From Pseudomonadota bacterium (lineage in GTDB: Bacteria > Pseudomonadota > Gammaproteobacteria > Pseudomonadales > JAUIET01), in assembly GCA_039111475.1 (NCBI GenBank), contig JBCCIP010000008.1:15273-79272 (forward strand): a stretch of 64,000 nt of DNA, in the 5' to 3' direction. The translations under genes were made by a program, and so were the position numbers. Below are positions 27,817-37,323 of the stretch, in pieces. Numbering within the stretch: position 1 is the stretch's first letter; the number at the start of each line of letters is the position of its first letter. The notes under the pieces were generated by a model. The model had not been told where the DNA came from, searched no databases, and worked only from the letters and a program-made list of their open reading frames with translations.

Positions 27817-30261
27817 ATGTTGCTAGGTTACATAAAAGTTGCGCTTCGGAATCTGCTGAAACATCGTTTTTATGCGGCAATCAATGTTGTGGGGCTGGCT
27901 ATTGGACTCACCGTATTCCTGCTCAGCCTATTGCTGGCGCGGTATGAAACCAATCACGATTACATGTTTGAAAACCGTGATCAGATTTACTTTGTTGGCG
28001 TTGAATTTACTAAATCGGCCGACATTGGCGTTCAATCGATAGACGCTGTACAAAGCGCATTCGGCCCATTGCTGCGCGCGCAGGAACCGGAACTTGAGGC
28101 GCTAGCTCGCAGCATTAACAGGGAATACCTGGTTACGGTAGAGGTCGATAACTACTACCAAAGCATCAAATTCGTTGATACGGATTTTACGAAAATCTTT
28201 CACCTCGACTACATCGCCGGCGACGCCAGTGTTATTCACAACCCTACGTCAGTGATTCTCTCAAGGTCGGCGGCAGAGAAGTACTTTGGTCATACAGATG
28301 TCCTGGGTGCTCAATTGGAATTGGACCATGAACACAGCATGACCGTTGGTGCCGTGTTTGAAGACATCGGCAAAGACAGCCATTTCAATTCAGCGTTGAT
28401 TGATGACAGCCAACTTGAGTTCATTGCCCCTTTTTCCGCACTTAAGCAGATTGCGGACTATTCAATGGAAGGCGAATGGAACAATATATCGTTTGGAAAT
28501 CGGACCTACGCGCTCATTCCAAAACAATGCGATCAACAATGGCTGCAGCAGCGTGTTGATTCCCTATACGAAGAGCACCTGAATCCAGAGCGCAAGGATT
28601 TTATCCAGAAGTTCAGAGCAAGACCGCTGATTGAAGCAAACACAATACTGTTTGATGCGATTGGTATGCCCATTATCGAATCAGTGCGCCTATTGGGATT
28701 AATGGTGCTGTTGATCGCCTGTGTGAATTATACAAACCTTGCCACGGCGCAAAGTTTCAGTCGAACCAGAGAAGTAGGCTTGCGCAAGAGTTTTGGCGCC
28801 AGCCGCAATCAACTATTGGTACAGTTTTTAGTGGAGAGTTTAACAACCGCCGTATTGGCTTTATTGATTGCGGTCGCTGCCATCGAATTGATCATACCGT
28901 GGTACAACCAGGCTTTGGACAAGGCCGTTCAAATATACTACCTGGAAACACTACCACTGCTTATGCTGGTCGCGTTAATGGTCGGTTTGATTGCGGGCGC
29001 CTACCCTGCTTATCAAATAGCTGGGGTAAAGCCCGTAGATAGTTTGAAGAACAATAACGCGCTGGTCAGCGGTGGCGGCTACTTCCGCAGCACTATGATC
29101 GGTTTGCAGTTTGCCATGTCTACTTTTATGTTGGCAATCGTTATGGTGATGCTGTTTCAAGGTGAAAAAATGCAGAAATCAAGCTATATCTATCCAAGGG
29201 ATGAGGTACTGGTGCTCGATCGCCTGGATATAGAAGGCACCAGAGCCAGACACGAGTCCTTGAAGGAGCAGTTACTCAAAGTTAAAGGGGTAAAAGAGGT
29301 AAGCTACTCTAGCCAGGTACCGTTTGACCAAAGCAATAGCACGTTTCCTATCACGCCTTTACGTGGCGACAAATCTGCAGAAATGTCTATTAATCAGGTA
29401 AGGGTTGATACGGATTTCCTGAGTGCCTATAACATTCCGCTACTTGCTGGGCGCGGGTACAGCCTTAACTACGCAAATGACAAACGTACGGATGAACCCG
29501 GCCAGGTCAACGTGATTATCAATGAAACTGCAGCTGCCAGGCTGGGTCTCGGTTCTGCGCAACAAGCGATTGGCAAGACCTTCTACAACATACAATCATC
29601 TGACAGTGACCAAGATGAATTCAAACAGTACGACTATTCCGTGATTGGTGTTGTCGAAGACCAGAATTTTCTGGGTCTTCACAATACAATCAAACCGATG
29701 ATATTTCTGTTCAGTGATGACTGGCGCTCACACGCGTCAATCAGATTGGATACTGCAAACTTGAATGAAACTTTATCCAGTATCGAAAAAACTTGGAATG
29801 ACGTCATCCCAGATTACCCGCTACAGCGCCGCTTTCTCGACGAAGTCTTCGAGGAAACCTACCAGATCATTCGTGCAATGAGCATGACCCTTTCAGGATT
29901 TGCTGCGATCGCCTTAAGTCTCGCGCTAATCGGTTTGTTTGGGCTGGCTGCATTTATGGCGGAACGGCGCACCAAAGAAATCGGCATTCGCAAAGTACTG
30001 GGTGCTAAAGCAAGCCAAGTGGCCTACTTGCTAATTTGGCAGTTTTCGATTCCAGTGGTTTGGTCTCTGTTGGTTTCCATACCCGCGGCGTACTTCGCGA
30101 GCTCAATTTATCTTGGCTTTTTTGCCGACAAAATCGACACACTTATTCCGGTGCTGCTTGTCGCTGGTGTGATTGGCATAGCAACCGCCTGGATGATTGT
30201 CAGCCTGCACGCTTTCAAGGTGGCCAGACTGCCGCCGATTCGATCGTTAAGATATGAATAG
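27817..30261 (+). CDS. ABC transporter permease (duplicated MacB_PCD/FtsX)
   Basis: INVVGLAIG, IACVNYTNL.TA...R.REVG.RK..GA, ERRTKEIGIRKVLGA, SLRYE. Confidence 0.93.
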   Translation: MLLGYIKVALRNLLKHRFYAAINVVGLAIGLTVFLLSLLLARYETNHDYMFENRDQIYFVGVEFTKSADIGVQSIDAVQSAFGPLLRAQEPELEALARSINREYLVTVEVDNYYQSIKFVDTDFTKIFHLDYIAGDASVIHNPTSVILSRSAAEKYFGHTDVLGAQLELDHEHSMTVGAVFEDIGKDSHFNSALIDDSQLEFIAPFSALKQIADYSMEGEWNNISFGNRTYALIPKQCDQQWLQQRVDSLYEEHLNPERKDFIQKFRARPLIEANTILFDAIGMPIIESVRLLGLMVLLIACVNYTNLATAQSFSRTREVGLRKSFGASRNQLLVQFLVESLTTAVLALLIAVAAIELIIPWYNQALDKAVQIYYLETLPLLMLVALMVGLIAGAYPAYQIAGVKPVDSLKNNNALVSGGGYFRSTMIGLQFAMSTFMLAIVMVMLFQGEKMQKSSYIYPRDEVLVLDRLDIEGTRARHESLKEQLLKVKGVKEVSYSSQVPFDQSNSTFPITPLRGDKSAEMSINQVRVDTDFLSAYNIPLLAGRGYSLNYANDKRTDEPGQVNVIINETAAARLGLGSAQQAIGKTFYNIQSSDSDQDEFKQYDYSVIGVVEDQNFLGLHNTIKPMIFLFSDDWRSHASIRLDTANLNETLSSIEKTWNDVIPDYPLQRRFLDEVFEETYQIIRAMSMTLSGFAAIALSLALIGLFGLAAFMAERRTKEIGIRKVLGAKASQVAYLLIWQFSIPVVWSLLVSIPAAYFASSIYLGFFADKIDTLIPVLLVAGVIGIATAWMIVSLHAFKVARLPPIRSLRYE

Positions 30262-30281
30262 TGTGCTAACGTTGTACTTAC

Positions 30282-31157
30282 CTATATTTTTCTGAACTTC
30301 AACGTCATGCGGTTTGACTCACCGACTGCTTTCAATTGTTCCATCAGTTCTGGGTTTTCGCGGCTGGTTTGCAAACTAGGTGGTAGGCGCCACACGAAAT
30401 CACTGCTTGTGGGCTTATCCTTGGCGTTTGCATTGATGTCGCTTTCTGCAACTAACTCAAATCCGTTCGCTTCGAATTGCGCAATCACAAATGACTTCTT
30501 GAGATAACCATTGACACCCGTTGCCCAATCATCCGGCATATCTTCTGCGCCATGGTGTTGAACAACACCCACGATACCGCCCTGTTTCAATACTGTGTGA
30601 GCGTCTGCAATCGCCTGACCAAGGTAATCTACGTTGTCAGAAAAGCGTGCCAAGTTATGCAATGCTCTTACAAATAACACGGCGTCCGCACTGCCATGCA
30701 TGCTCTCGGGTAAGTCGCCCAGCACAAATGCGTCTATGGCTGCACTGCTCGCAACGCCCCATTCTTTTGCGCCCGCTGACCAATCTGCGATCCAGGTTTC
30801 TTTGGCTTTCAGTCTATCAGGCGTCATGAAGCCGAAATTGGAATACAAACTGATGGGATAATCTGCGCCCAGCAATCGGCCTTCTGTACCGAGATATTGC
30901 AGCAGAATTTTTGAATACCATCCGCCACCAGGTAATGCTTCAGCAACCGTCATACCCGGTTTGATGCCAAAGAATTCCAATGTTTCCTGAGGGTGGCGTT
31001 GATCAAAGCGTGCTCGCACTTCGTCACTTTGTGCGGCAAGAGACGCTGTTAAGGCAGCACTATCCGCGGCCTGTTGGGCTTCTAGTTGGGATACGTTACT
31101 TGCGGTTTGGCAAGCCGATAGAAAGAGAGCGGCGATTAAGCCAAGTGTTCGGTTCAT
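30282..31157 (-). CDS. Predicted class I methyltransferase-like lipoprotein (COG4798-like)
   Basis: LSAC lipobox; RHP.ETL.FFG.KPGMTV.E..PGGGWY, R.LHN, VWRLPP, GESNRMTLKF. Confidence 0.85.
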   Translation of the reverse strand: MNRTLGLIAALFLSACQTASNVSQLEAQQAADSAALTASLAAQSDEVRARFDQRHPQETLEFFGIKPGMTVAEALPGGGWYSKILLQYLGTEGRLLGADYPISLYSNFGFMTPDRLKAKETWIADWSAGAKEWGVASSAAIDAFVLGDLPESMHGSADAVLFVRALHNLARFSDNVDYLGQAIADAHTVLKQGGIVGVVQHHGAEDMPDDWATGVNGYLKKSFVIAQFEANGFELVAESDINANAKDKPTSSDFVWRLPPSLQTSRENPELMEQLKAVGESNRMTLKFRKI

Positions 31158-31335
31158 GGTAATTGTCCTGAGTTAGAAACGAGTCAAAAGCCATTCATGC
31201 GATGGCTGACGCTCAGAGATTCTAACCCAGAAGCGTAACAATTGCAGACTTTGAGCAAGCACCGTTATTAAAAGTGCGTGATGCTTGCGGCTCTTCGGGC
31301 TCGGTGTGTTTTTTGTCCGATCTCAGAGAAGCGAC

Positions 31336-31860
31336 TTATTCCGCGCTCCCCTCAAGTCGGGCCTGGCGCCGTTCAATGCGCTCTTTACGCTTTTCTAAAT
31401 GGCGCGCTTTGCGTTCCATTTTGCTACCCATTTTTTTATGAAGCTCTGCCATTTGCGTACGCTGCTCTTCAGTGAGCAACAATTGAAGCTGGTTCCTAAA
31501 ACTCAAGTGCCCAACCGCCAACTCCTTGGTAAGCTCACCCAGTTGGTCGGCTAAGTCAGCAACCGCGCCCTCATCATAACTGTCTACGCTAGACAAGCCG
31601 CTCAATTCATCACGAGTCGCCTGTAAGCGTGCTTTGAGTGGCTGCTGCTCGGCGCGAAACTGTTCGCGCAATTGCTGCACAGCCGTTTGCTGTTCCTCAG
31701 TAAGATCGAGACGCTTGGCCATACGCTCGAACATTCGGCTGTGCATATCCGAATCAAGGTGCATACCTGCTTGCGCGTGGCTAACACCCATAAATGCAAA
31801 GATCGAGAGTAAGCCTGTCATTAGATAAAGGTAAATTCGTTTGGCGATTTGGTTTTTCAT
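31336..31860 (-). CDS. Spy/CpxP family periplasmic protein
   Basis: Signal peptide; two LTxxQ motifs (LDLTEEQ, LLTEEQ); divergent from a CpxR-like gene. Confidence 0.9.
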   Translation of the reverse strand: MKNQIAKRIYLYLMTGLLSIFAFMGVSHAQAGMHLDSDMHSRMFERMAKRLDLTEEQQTAVQQLREQFRAEQQPLKARLQATRDELSGLSSVDSYDEGAVADLADQLGELTKELAVGHLSFRNQLQLLLTEEQRTQMAELHKKMGSKMERKARHLEKRKERIERRQARLEGSAE

Positions 31861-31911
31861 GAGTCGTTTCCACTGGCGTTATGTACAGAATGAATCCTAG
31901 GCCAGCGCCCT

Positions 31912-31948
31912 GTAAATGTCTGTCTACGCTCCGTAAAGTTTACGTAAA
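31912..31948 (+). promoter_or_regulatory. CpxR-type boxes
   Basis: GTAAA at 31912, 31933 and 31944 plus degenerate GTCTA at 31922, spaced 10-11 bp. Confidence 0.7.
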
Positions 31949-31996
31949 CCATCGCAAGACCGAGCCCCTGGCCAACATTCAACGTATAATTTCATC

Positions 31997-32683
31997 ATGG
32001 AAAAATTACTACTGGTCGACGATGACCCGGAACTAACAGCCTTACTCAATACCTATTTGGGCAATGAAGGCTTTGCTGTCGAGCAGGTGCACAATGGTGA
32101 AGATGGGTTAAAGCAGGCGCTTGCGGACGATTATGCAGCAATTGTGCTCGACATTATGCTGCCAGGCATGAATGGTATAGACATACTCAAAAATATACGC
32201 CAGCAATCGAATACTCCAGTCATCATGCTTACTGCAAAAGGCGATGACCTTGACCGCATTATTGGTCTTGAACTTGGCGCTGATGATTATTTACCCAAAC
32301 CCTGCAATCCACGCGAGTTGTTGGCGCGCATAAAAGCGGTTCTGCGGCGAACTCACTCGCAAGCGGAACACGATTCGGAGCAGGATATTGAGGCCGGCCA
32401 GCTAACAGCATTGCGATTGCAATATCAAATCCATTATGCCGGCCAAGACCTAGGCGTAACCAAGGCGGAATACAATATTTTGCTGTTGTTAATGCAGCGA
32501 TCCAATGAGGTAGTAGAAAAAGAATATCTCTATGAGCACGCGCTCGGCAGAACTATCACCGCTTATGACCGCAGCCTGGATATGCACGTAAGCAACATTC
32601 GGCGCAAACTGAGTGCACACACCAGCACCGACCTGCTAACTAATATCAGAGGCGTGGGTTACAAGCTGATCACCAAAGAATGA
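31997..32683 (+). CDS. cpxR: OmpR-family response regulator, CpxR-like
   Basis: LLVDDDPEL, LDIMLP, MLTAKGDDLDRIIGLELGADDYLPKP, DRSLDMHVSNIRRKL; divergent Spy/CpxP gene and GTAAA boxes. Confidence 0.8.
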   Translation: MEKLLLVDDDPELTALLNTYLGNEGFAVEQVHNGEDGLKQALADDYAAIVLDIMLPGMNGIDILKNIRQQSNTPVIMLTAKGDDLDRIIGLELGADDYLPKPCNPRELLARIKAVLRRTHSQAEHDSEQDIEAGQLTALRLQYQIHYAGQDLGVTKAEYNILLLLMQRSNEVVEKEYLYEHALGRTITAYDRSLDMHVSNIRRKLSAHTSTDLLTNIRGVGYKLITKE

Positions 32684-32812
32684 ACACTATTCTGAATAGA
32701 AAGTATTAAAATACAATACCCTCCGTGCCCAAGAACACTACTTGCTAATATCAAATAGACCCTATTTCGCTTCAGATCCATACTCAATACTGGATTTAGA
32801 GAGATCGCCTAT

Positions 32813-35476
32813 ATGCCAATTCTCATTGCAATTGTTGCCACAGCGCTGGGCTCATCACTGGGAAGCCTGGAGATTGGACTTCTGTTTGGCCTGATCGCTG
32901 GATTGTTTGCCTTACAACGCCACTCAGATGGAGAGGTCAGCCGCCTGGAGCGCGAAATCCAGACGCTAAAACAATCGTCAGCCCAAAAGCCACAGCAACA
33001 CCTCGCTCAGACAGAAAGCACCAGCGTCATCACCGATACGGCGAGTCGCGCAATGGCAGACCCCGTGGCAGCGGTCTCGAAAGCAACTCCCAAACATACA
33101 AGCACTGCCAGATTACAACTGCCACCTGCCCAACCTGGACCTCTGGACCACTTCATCGGCAAGGCAAAATCCTTGGTCTGGTCCTATTTTACGGATGGCA
33201 ATATTTTTGTTCGCATCGGTTTGCTCGTACTGTTTTTCGGCATTGCGTTCTTGCTTCGATACGCAGCAGAGCACTCACTGGTTCCTCTCGAACTGCGGTT
33301 TATCGCCGCCGCCTTAGTGGGAATGGGATTGCTCGGTGCTGGCTGGCGTCTCAAGCAAAAAAATCGGGTGTATGCGCTCCTTTTGCAAGGCGGCGGAATA
33401 GGCATTGTCTACATCACTATCTTTGCTGCATTTCAGATTTCAAGCTTGCTGCCTTCGGCGCTCACCTTTCTACTACTGGTCGCATTTGCGCTGCTTACCG
33501 CGGCACTCGCCGTCATGCAAAACGCGCGCGGTCTCGCCATTTTTGCAAGTGTTGGCGGTTTCCTGGCCCCATTTCTGGCGTCTTCAGGTAGTGGCAATTA
33601 TGTTGGCTTGTTTTCTTATTTTGCCTTGCTGAACGTCAGCATTTTCATCATTGCCTGGAAAAAGTCCTGGCGCCTGCTCAATCTTATAGGTTTTGTATTT
33701 ACGTTTCTAACGTTCACTACCTGGTTCGTTTTTGAGTACCAGCGCGAAATGCTGCTGCCGACCACCGGCTTCTTAGTATTGTTTTTCCTTATGTACAGCT
33801 TGATCGGTGTGTTTTACGCGCTCAAGCAAGATCACACATTGCGTGGCCTGATTGATGGAACCCTGGTGTTTGGCACGCCCGTAATCGCTTCCAGCTTGAT
33901 GATGGCTATGTTCAGGCACTATGACTACGGCATTGCTCTCACAGCGGCGGCTCTAGGGGTGTATTACGTTGCTATCAGCCGCTTTTTATGGCGCCGTGTG
34001 GGTGAATCTTTACGCTTGTTAGCCGAGGCCATGCTGGCAATCGGCGTGGTGTTCGCCACACTGGCAATACCCTATGCGCTGGACGGTCATTGGACAAGTG
34101 CTACCTGGGCACTGGAAGCTGCCGGCATATTGTGGGTGTCCATTCGACAACAACGTAATTATGCAAAATGGTTTGCGATTGTCGTGCAAATTGGGGCCGG
34201 CATATTGTTTGCGGTTACCAGTGCCGGCAATATGGGCGATACCGCATGGTTTAACCCCGCGTTCATGGGTGCGGTGTTTATCGCGATGGGTGCAATGATC
34301 ACATCCAAGATTCTGTACGACGTTCCCAGTACCGATCGCAGCCGTCTATTGCACGGGGTGTTCTTTGTGTGGGCCACTGGCTGGTGGTTTACAGGCTTTG
34401 GTACGCAAATAGAGCACTACCTGGAAGGTTCAGCAAACGTATGGCTGTTATTGAGTGCGTTCACAGCAGGCGCTCTGGTGTATTCAAACAAACGATTTGA
34501 ATGGCGATGGAATTCTTGCCTGTTGTTAGGCGCGGCGCTATTGCCGCTACTGTACGCTATTGCTCTGGATGCCATTGATGACGGTCGTGCCGTTCTTGCA
34601 TGGCCTGCACTGCTGTCTTGGTGTGTCACCCTTGCGATCAACTACTGGATCGTTGTGGAAGTTGAAGCTTCTGAGTGGAAAGCCGGGTTCAAATACACGC
34701 TTCATACAGGTTTTGCGTTACTACTCGCACTGATTGTTGGGTTCGATCTGTATCACTCAATTGAAAACCATTTGCCATCGGCGGGATCAGCGTACACTGC
34801 ATTGATCGTGCTGCCCTTTATAGTAATGGCGTGGATTGCCCTGCAACGCAGCCTACCGGCGATACAACGCCTGGGGAACGGGCTACAGCTGAGCATGCTT
34901 CTCTCGGCCTGTGTTTTGCTTGGATTCTGGTCGTTGGCAATCGCTACCGGGAACTCAGCGGACGCATCGCCATTGCCCTACTTGCCATTCTTGAATCCAA
35001 TCGATTTGGCCGTTGCTGCCACGGTAATAATGATGATCAAAACACTGCCTGCCGTTGATCATCAATGGCCTGGCTCGGCTAACACAGCAATGATTGCCAT
35101 TGGTGCCATCGCATTCATCTGGCTAAGTGCCGTATTGATGCGCTCAATACATCACTTTTTGGACGTGCCGTATCAGCTGTCAGCGCTGATGGACAGTGCT
35201 AAAGTGCAAACTGCTTTATCGATTCTCTGGACTGCAATTGGCATGGCCGGTATGTTGCTGGCATCAAAACGATCACTGCGACCATTATGGATCGCATCGG
35301 CGGTATTAATAGGCGTAGTGCTGGTCAAGATGTTCTTTGTAGACCTTGATGCGGCAGGCACTGTCGAAAGAATTATTTCGTTTATGGTTGTTGGCGGAAT
35401 GCTGGTCGCATTGGGGTATTTTTCGCCGATACCTGATCGAGAAGATGAACCCAACTCTGAGGAGGTAGCGGCATGA
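32813..35476 (+). CDS. DUF2339 polytopic membrane protein
   Basis: GN..VRIG...LFFG.AFLL.YA, ALLLQGGG, GGFLAP, DG.LVFGTP, TSATWALE, YLP.LNP.DL, GYFSP.P. Confidence 0.9.
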   Translation: MPILIAIVATALGSSLGSLEIGLLFGLIAGLFALQRHSDGEVSRLEREIQTLKQSSAQKPQQHLAQTESTSVITDTASRAMADPVAAVSKATPKHTSTARLQLPPAQPGPLDHFIGKAKSLVWSYFTDGNIFVRIGLLVLFFGIAFLLRYAAEHSLVPLELRFIAAALVGMGLLGAGWRLKQKNRVYALLLQGGGIGIVYITIFAAFQISSLLPSALTFLLLVAFALLTAALAVMQNARGLAIFASVGGFLAPFLASSGSGNYVGLFSYFALLNVSIFIIAWKKSWRLLNLIGFVFTFLTFTTWFVFEYQREMLLPTTGFLVLFFLMYSLIGVFYALKQDHTLRGLIDGTLVFGTPVIASSLMMAMFRHYDYGIALTAAALGVYYVAISRFLWRRVGESLRLLAEAMLAIGVVFATLAIPYALDGHWTSATWALEAAGILWVSIRQQRNYAKWFAIVVQIGAGILFAVTSAGNMGDTAWFNPAFMGAVFIAMGAMITSKILYDVPSTDRSRLLHGVFFVWATGWWFTGFGTQIEHYLEGSANVWLLLSAFTAGALVYSNKRFEWRWNSCLLLGAALLPLLYAIALDAIDDGRAVLAWPALLSWCVTLAINYWIVVEVEASEWKAGFKYTLHTGFALLLALIVGFDLYHSIENHLPSAGSAYTALIVLPFIVMAWIALQRSLPAIQRLGNGLQLSMLLSACVLLGFWSLAIATGNSADASPLPYLPFLNPIDLAVAATVIMMIKTLPAVDHQWPGSANTAMIAIGAIAFIWLSAVLMRSIHHFLDVPYQLSALMDSAKVQTALSILWTAIGMAGMLLASKRSLRPLWIASAVLIGVVLVKMFFVDLDAAGTVERIISFMVVGGMLVALGYFSPIPDREDEPNSEEVAA

Positions 35477-36807
35477 ACGCGGTTAAGTATTGTTGCATGA
35501 CCGCCGCAGTCCTTGTACAAAGCCAGGTTCTTTACGCTGCCCCAGCGGATTACGCCTGGAAAGCTGCCCTTGAAAGCAAGGACGGTGAGCTCAACAAACT
35601 ACTGATTGGTGCCGATATTATTAGGGGGCTCGGCCGGGGCGACTTTGGTGATCTGGTGGTTCTTGACGCCAACGGCACGGCGTTACCGAGTTGGGTACGA
35701 CCAATACAGCAAGTCACTGAATTGATTGAGGTACCACTGTATTTTCATACGTTTAGCGAGTACAGCGGATCACGTTCCAAAACAGTAACAGCAACCAATG
35801 AGAGTAGATCAGAAGATTCGCGTTCTACAATACGAACAACTGAAACTGTGCGCGAAGCCAAAGCAAGCAATGCATTTATTGTTGAGTACCGTGACTATCA
35901 GTTGGCACTGGGCATCAATGCGCTGCGGCTTGATTGGACAACAAAAGACGAGGCGCAGCTGTTGGAGCTTCGCGTTGAAGCCAGTAATAGCCTGAACAAA
36001 TGGCAGACAGTGCATAACAGAATAACGCTGGCAAAAGCAAAAACAGATAGCGGCAACAACCTTGACTGGCAACTTGTCAGAAATATTCCAACTGAAAAGC
36101 GCTACATACGAATAAGCAGTGCAGATCCAGAATTAACCATTGCACTCAATGCGGTAAGTGGCCTGTATGAAGAACCGACTCTGGAGACAATCGAATGGAT
36201 ACCCCATGCTTCTGCAGAATCTGACTCTGCCGGAGAAAATTCGTATCGATTCGCAATTCCAGAAGGTGTGCTACCAAGTCGTATGCGTTTACAACCGGCG
36301 CAGGAAAATCAAATCATCAAGGGATCAATTTTCGCCGGTGAAAAGTACAACAACAAACGCACGCTGTACCCAAATGTTCAGCAACACTCTCTTGCGGCCG
36401 CCGCCAACATTATCGCAAGCCCATCGTACGCTGTTCCAAGTCAGCGCTATGACCATTGGTGGTTTGTATCCGAGGCCACCTTGCAAGAAGCTCCGCTTTT
36501 TGAAATAGGCTACAAACGACAGCAGCTATTGTTCCTTGCCAATGGCACACCGCCGTACACATTGTACTGGGGAAACCATGAAGCGGAACCACCCGCTCAG
36601 CTACTTCGCGACGTGCTCAACGGCGATAAAAAGCAAGGCGATGCTCATAAAGCCAGTCTCGCAAAAATCGAAATTTCCGGCGGCGCACAGCGACAATTCC
36701 CTCAGCCTACCCTGCCCTGGCTAACATGGGCGCTCTGGCTGTTACTGACCATCGCGGCTATTTTCACCGCTCGTATGGCCATAGGTCTGTTTCGAGAAAT
36801 GAAATAG
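35473..36807 (+). CDS. DUF3999-like exported protein with C-terminal membrane anchor
   Basis: Signal peptide, DL.V.DANG..LP, LRVEAS..L..W, LLFLANG.PPY.L.WG, C-terminal WLTWALW; ATGA overlap with DUF2339. Confidence 0.8.
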   Translation: MNAVKYCCMTAAVLVQSQVLYAAPADYAWKAALESKDGELNKLLIGADIIRGLGRGDFGDLVVLDANGTALPSWVRPIQQVTELIEVPLYFHTFSEYSGSRSKTVTATNESRSEDSRSTIRTTETVREAKASNAFIVEYRDYQLALGINALRLDWTTKDEAQLLELRVEASNSLNKWQTVHNRITLAKAKTDSGNNLDWQLVRNIPTEKRYIRISSADPELTIALNAVSGLYEEPTLETIEWIPHASAESDSAGENSYRFAIPEGVLPSRMRLQPAQENQIIKGSIFAGEKYNNKRTLYPNVQQHSLAAAANIIASPSYAVPSQRYDHWWFVSEATLQEAPLFEIGYKRQQLLFLANGTPPYTLYWGNHEAEPPAQLLRDVLNGDKKQGDAHKASLAKIEISGGAQRQFPQPTLPWLTWALWLLLTIAAIFTARMAIGLFREMK

Positions 36808-36810
36808 AGC

Positions 36811-37248
36811 TTATTTATCCGCGGGCACTCGCACTGCCAGCACATCACATTTTAAGCCATGCAGTACCGCGTTTGCCGTCGACCCTAGCATTAGCTGCAA
36901 ACCATGGCGACCATGTGTACCAAGCACAATCAAATCGGCTTCAATTTCTTCAGCCTTGGCATGTATCTCACTGGCTGGTCGTCCAGTTTCTATAAACTGG
37001 CGATCCTGCGGAATGCCTAAAGGTTGCGCAATCTCAGCCAGCAACGTCTTTGCCCTGGCGTTGGTTTGCCGCTCTATTTCAATACTGCCTGCATACAACA
37101 TATCCCCATAGTAAAAAGGCTCATGCACATAGATCAGACTGAGTTCTGATTCTTCGCCAGCCACTTCCTGGGCGCGTTGAATAACCGTTTTGTATTCGTA
37201 CTCTCCGTACGTATCAATTGCAACAAGGATCTTTTTGTACGCGCTCAT
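36811..37248 (-). CDS. Universal stress protein (UspA family)
   Basis: YKKILVAID, ADLIVLGTHGRHG...MLGSTANAVLH...CDVLAVR. Confidence 0.95.
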   Translation of the reverse strand: MSAYKKILVAIDTYGEYEYKTVIQRAQEVAGEESELSLIYVHEPFYYGDMLYAGSIEIERQTNARAKTLLAEIAQPLGIPQDRQFIETGRPASEIHAKAEEIEADLIVLGTHGRHGLQLMLGSTANAVLHGLKCDVLAVRVPADK

Positions 37249-37305
37249 CCTTCAACACCTCTTGATATCTCAGTTCAAAGTGTAAAGACATGACAGATAA
37301 AACCT

Positions 37306-37319
37306 TTGATCCAGGTCAA
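37306..37319. promoter_or_regulatory. FNR/ANR box upstream of the usp gene
   Basis: TTGAT-CCAG-GTCAA, one mismatch to TTGAT-N4-ATCAA. Confidence 0.75.
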
Positions 37320-37323
37320 ATTG

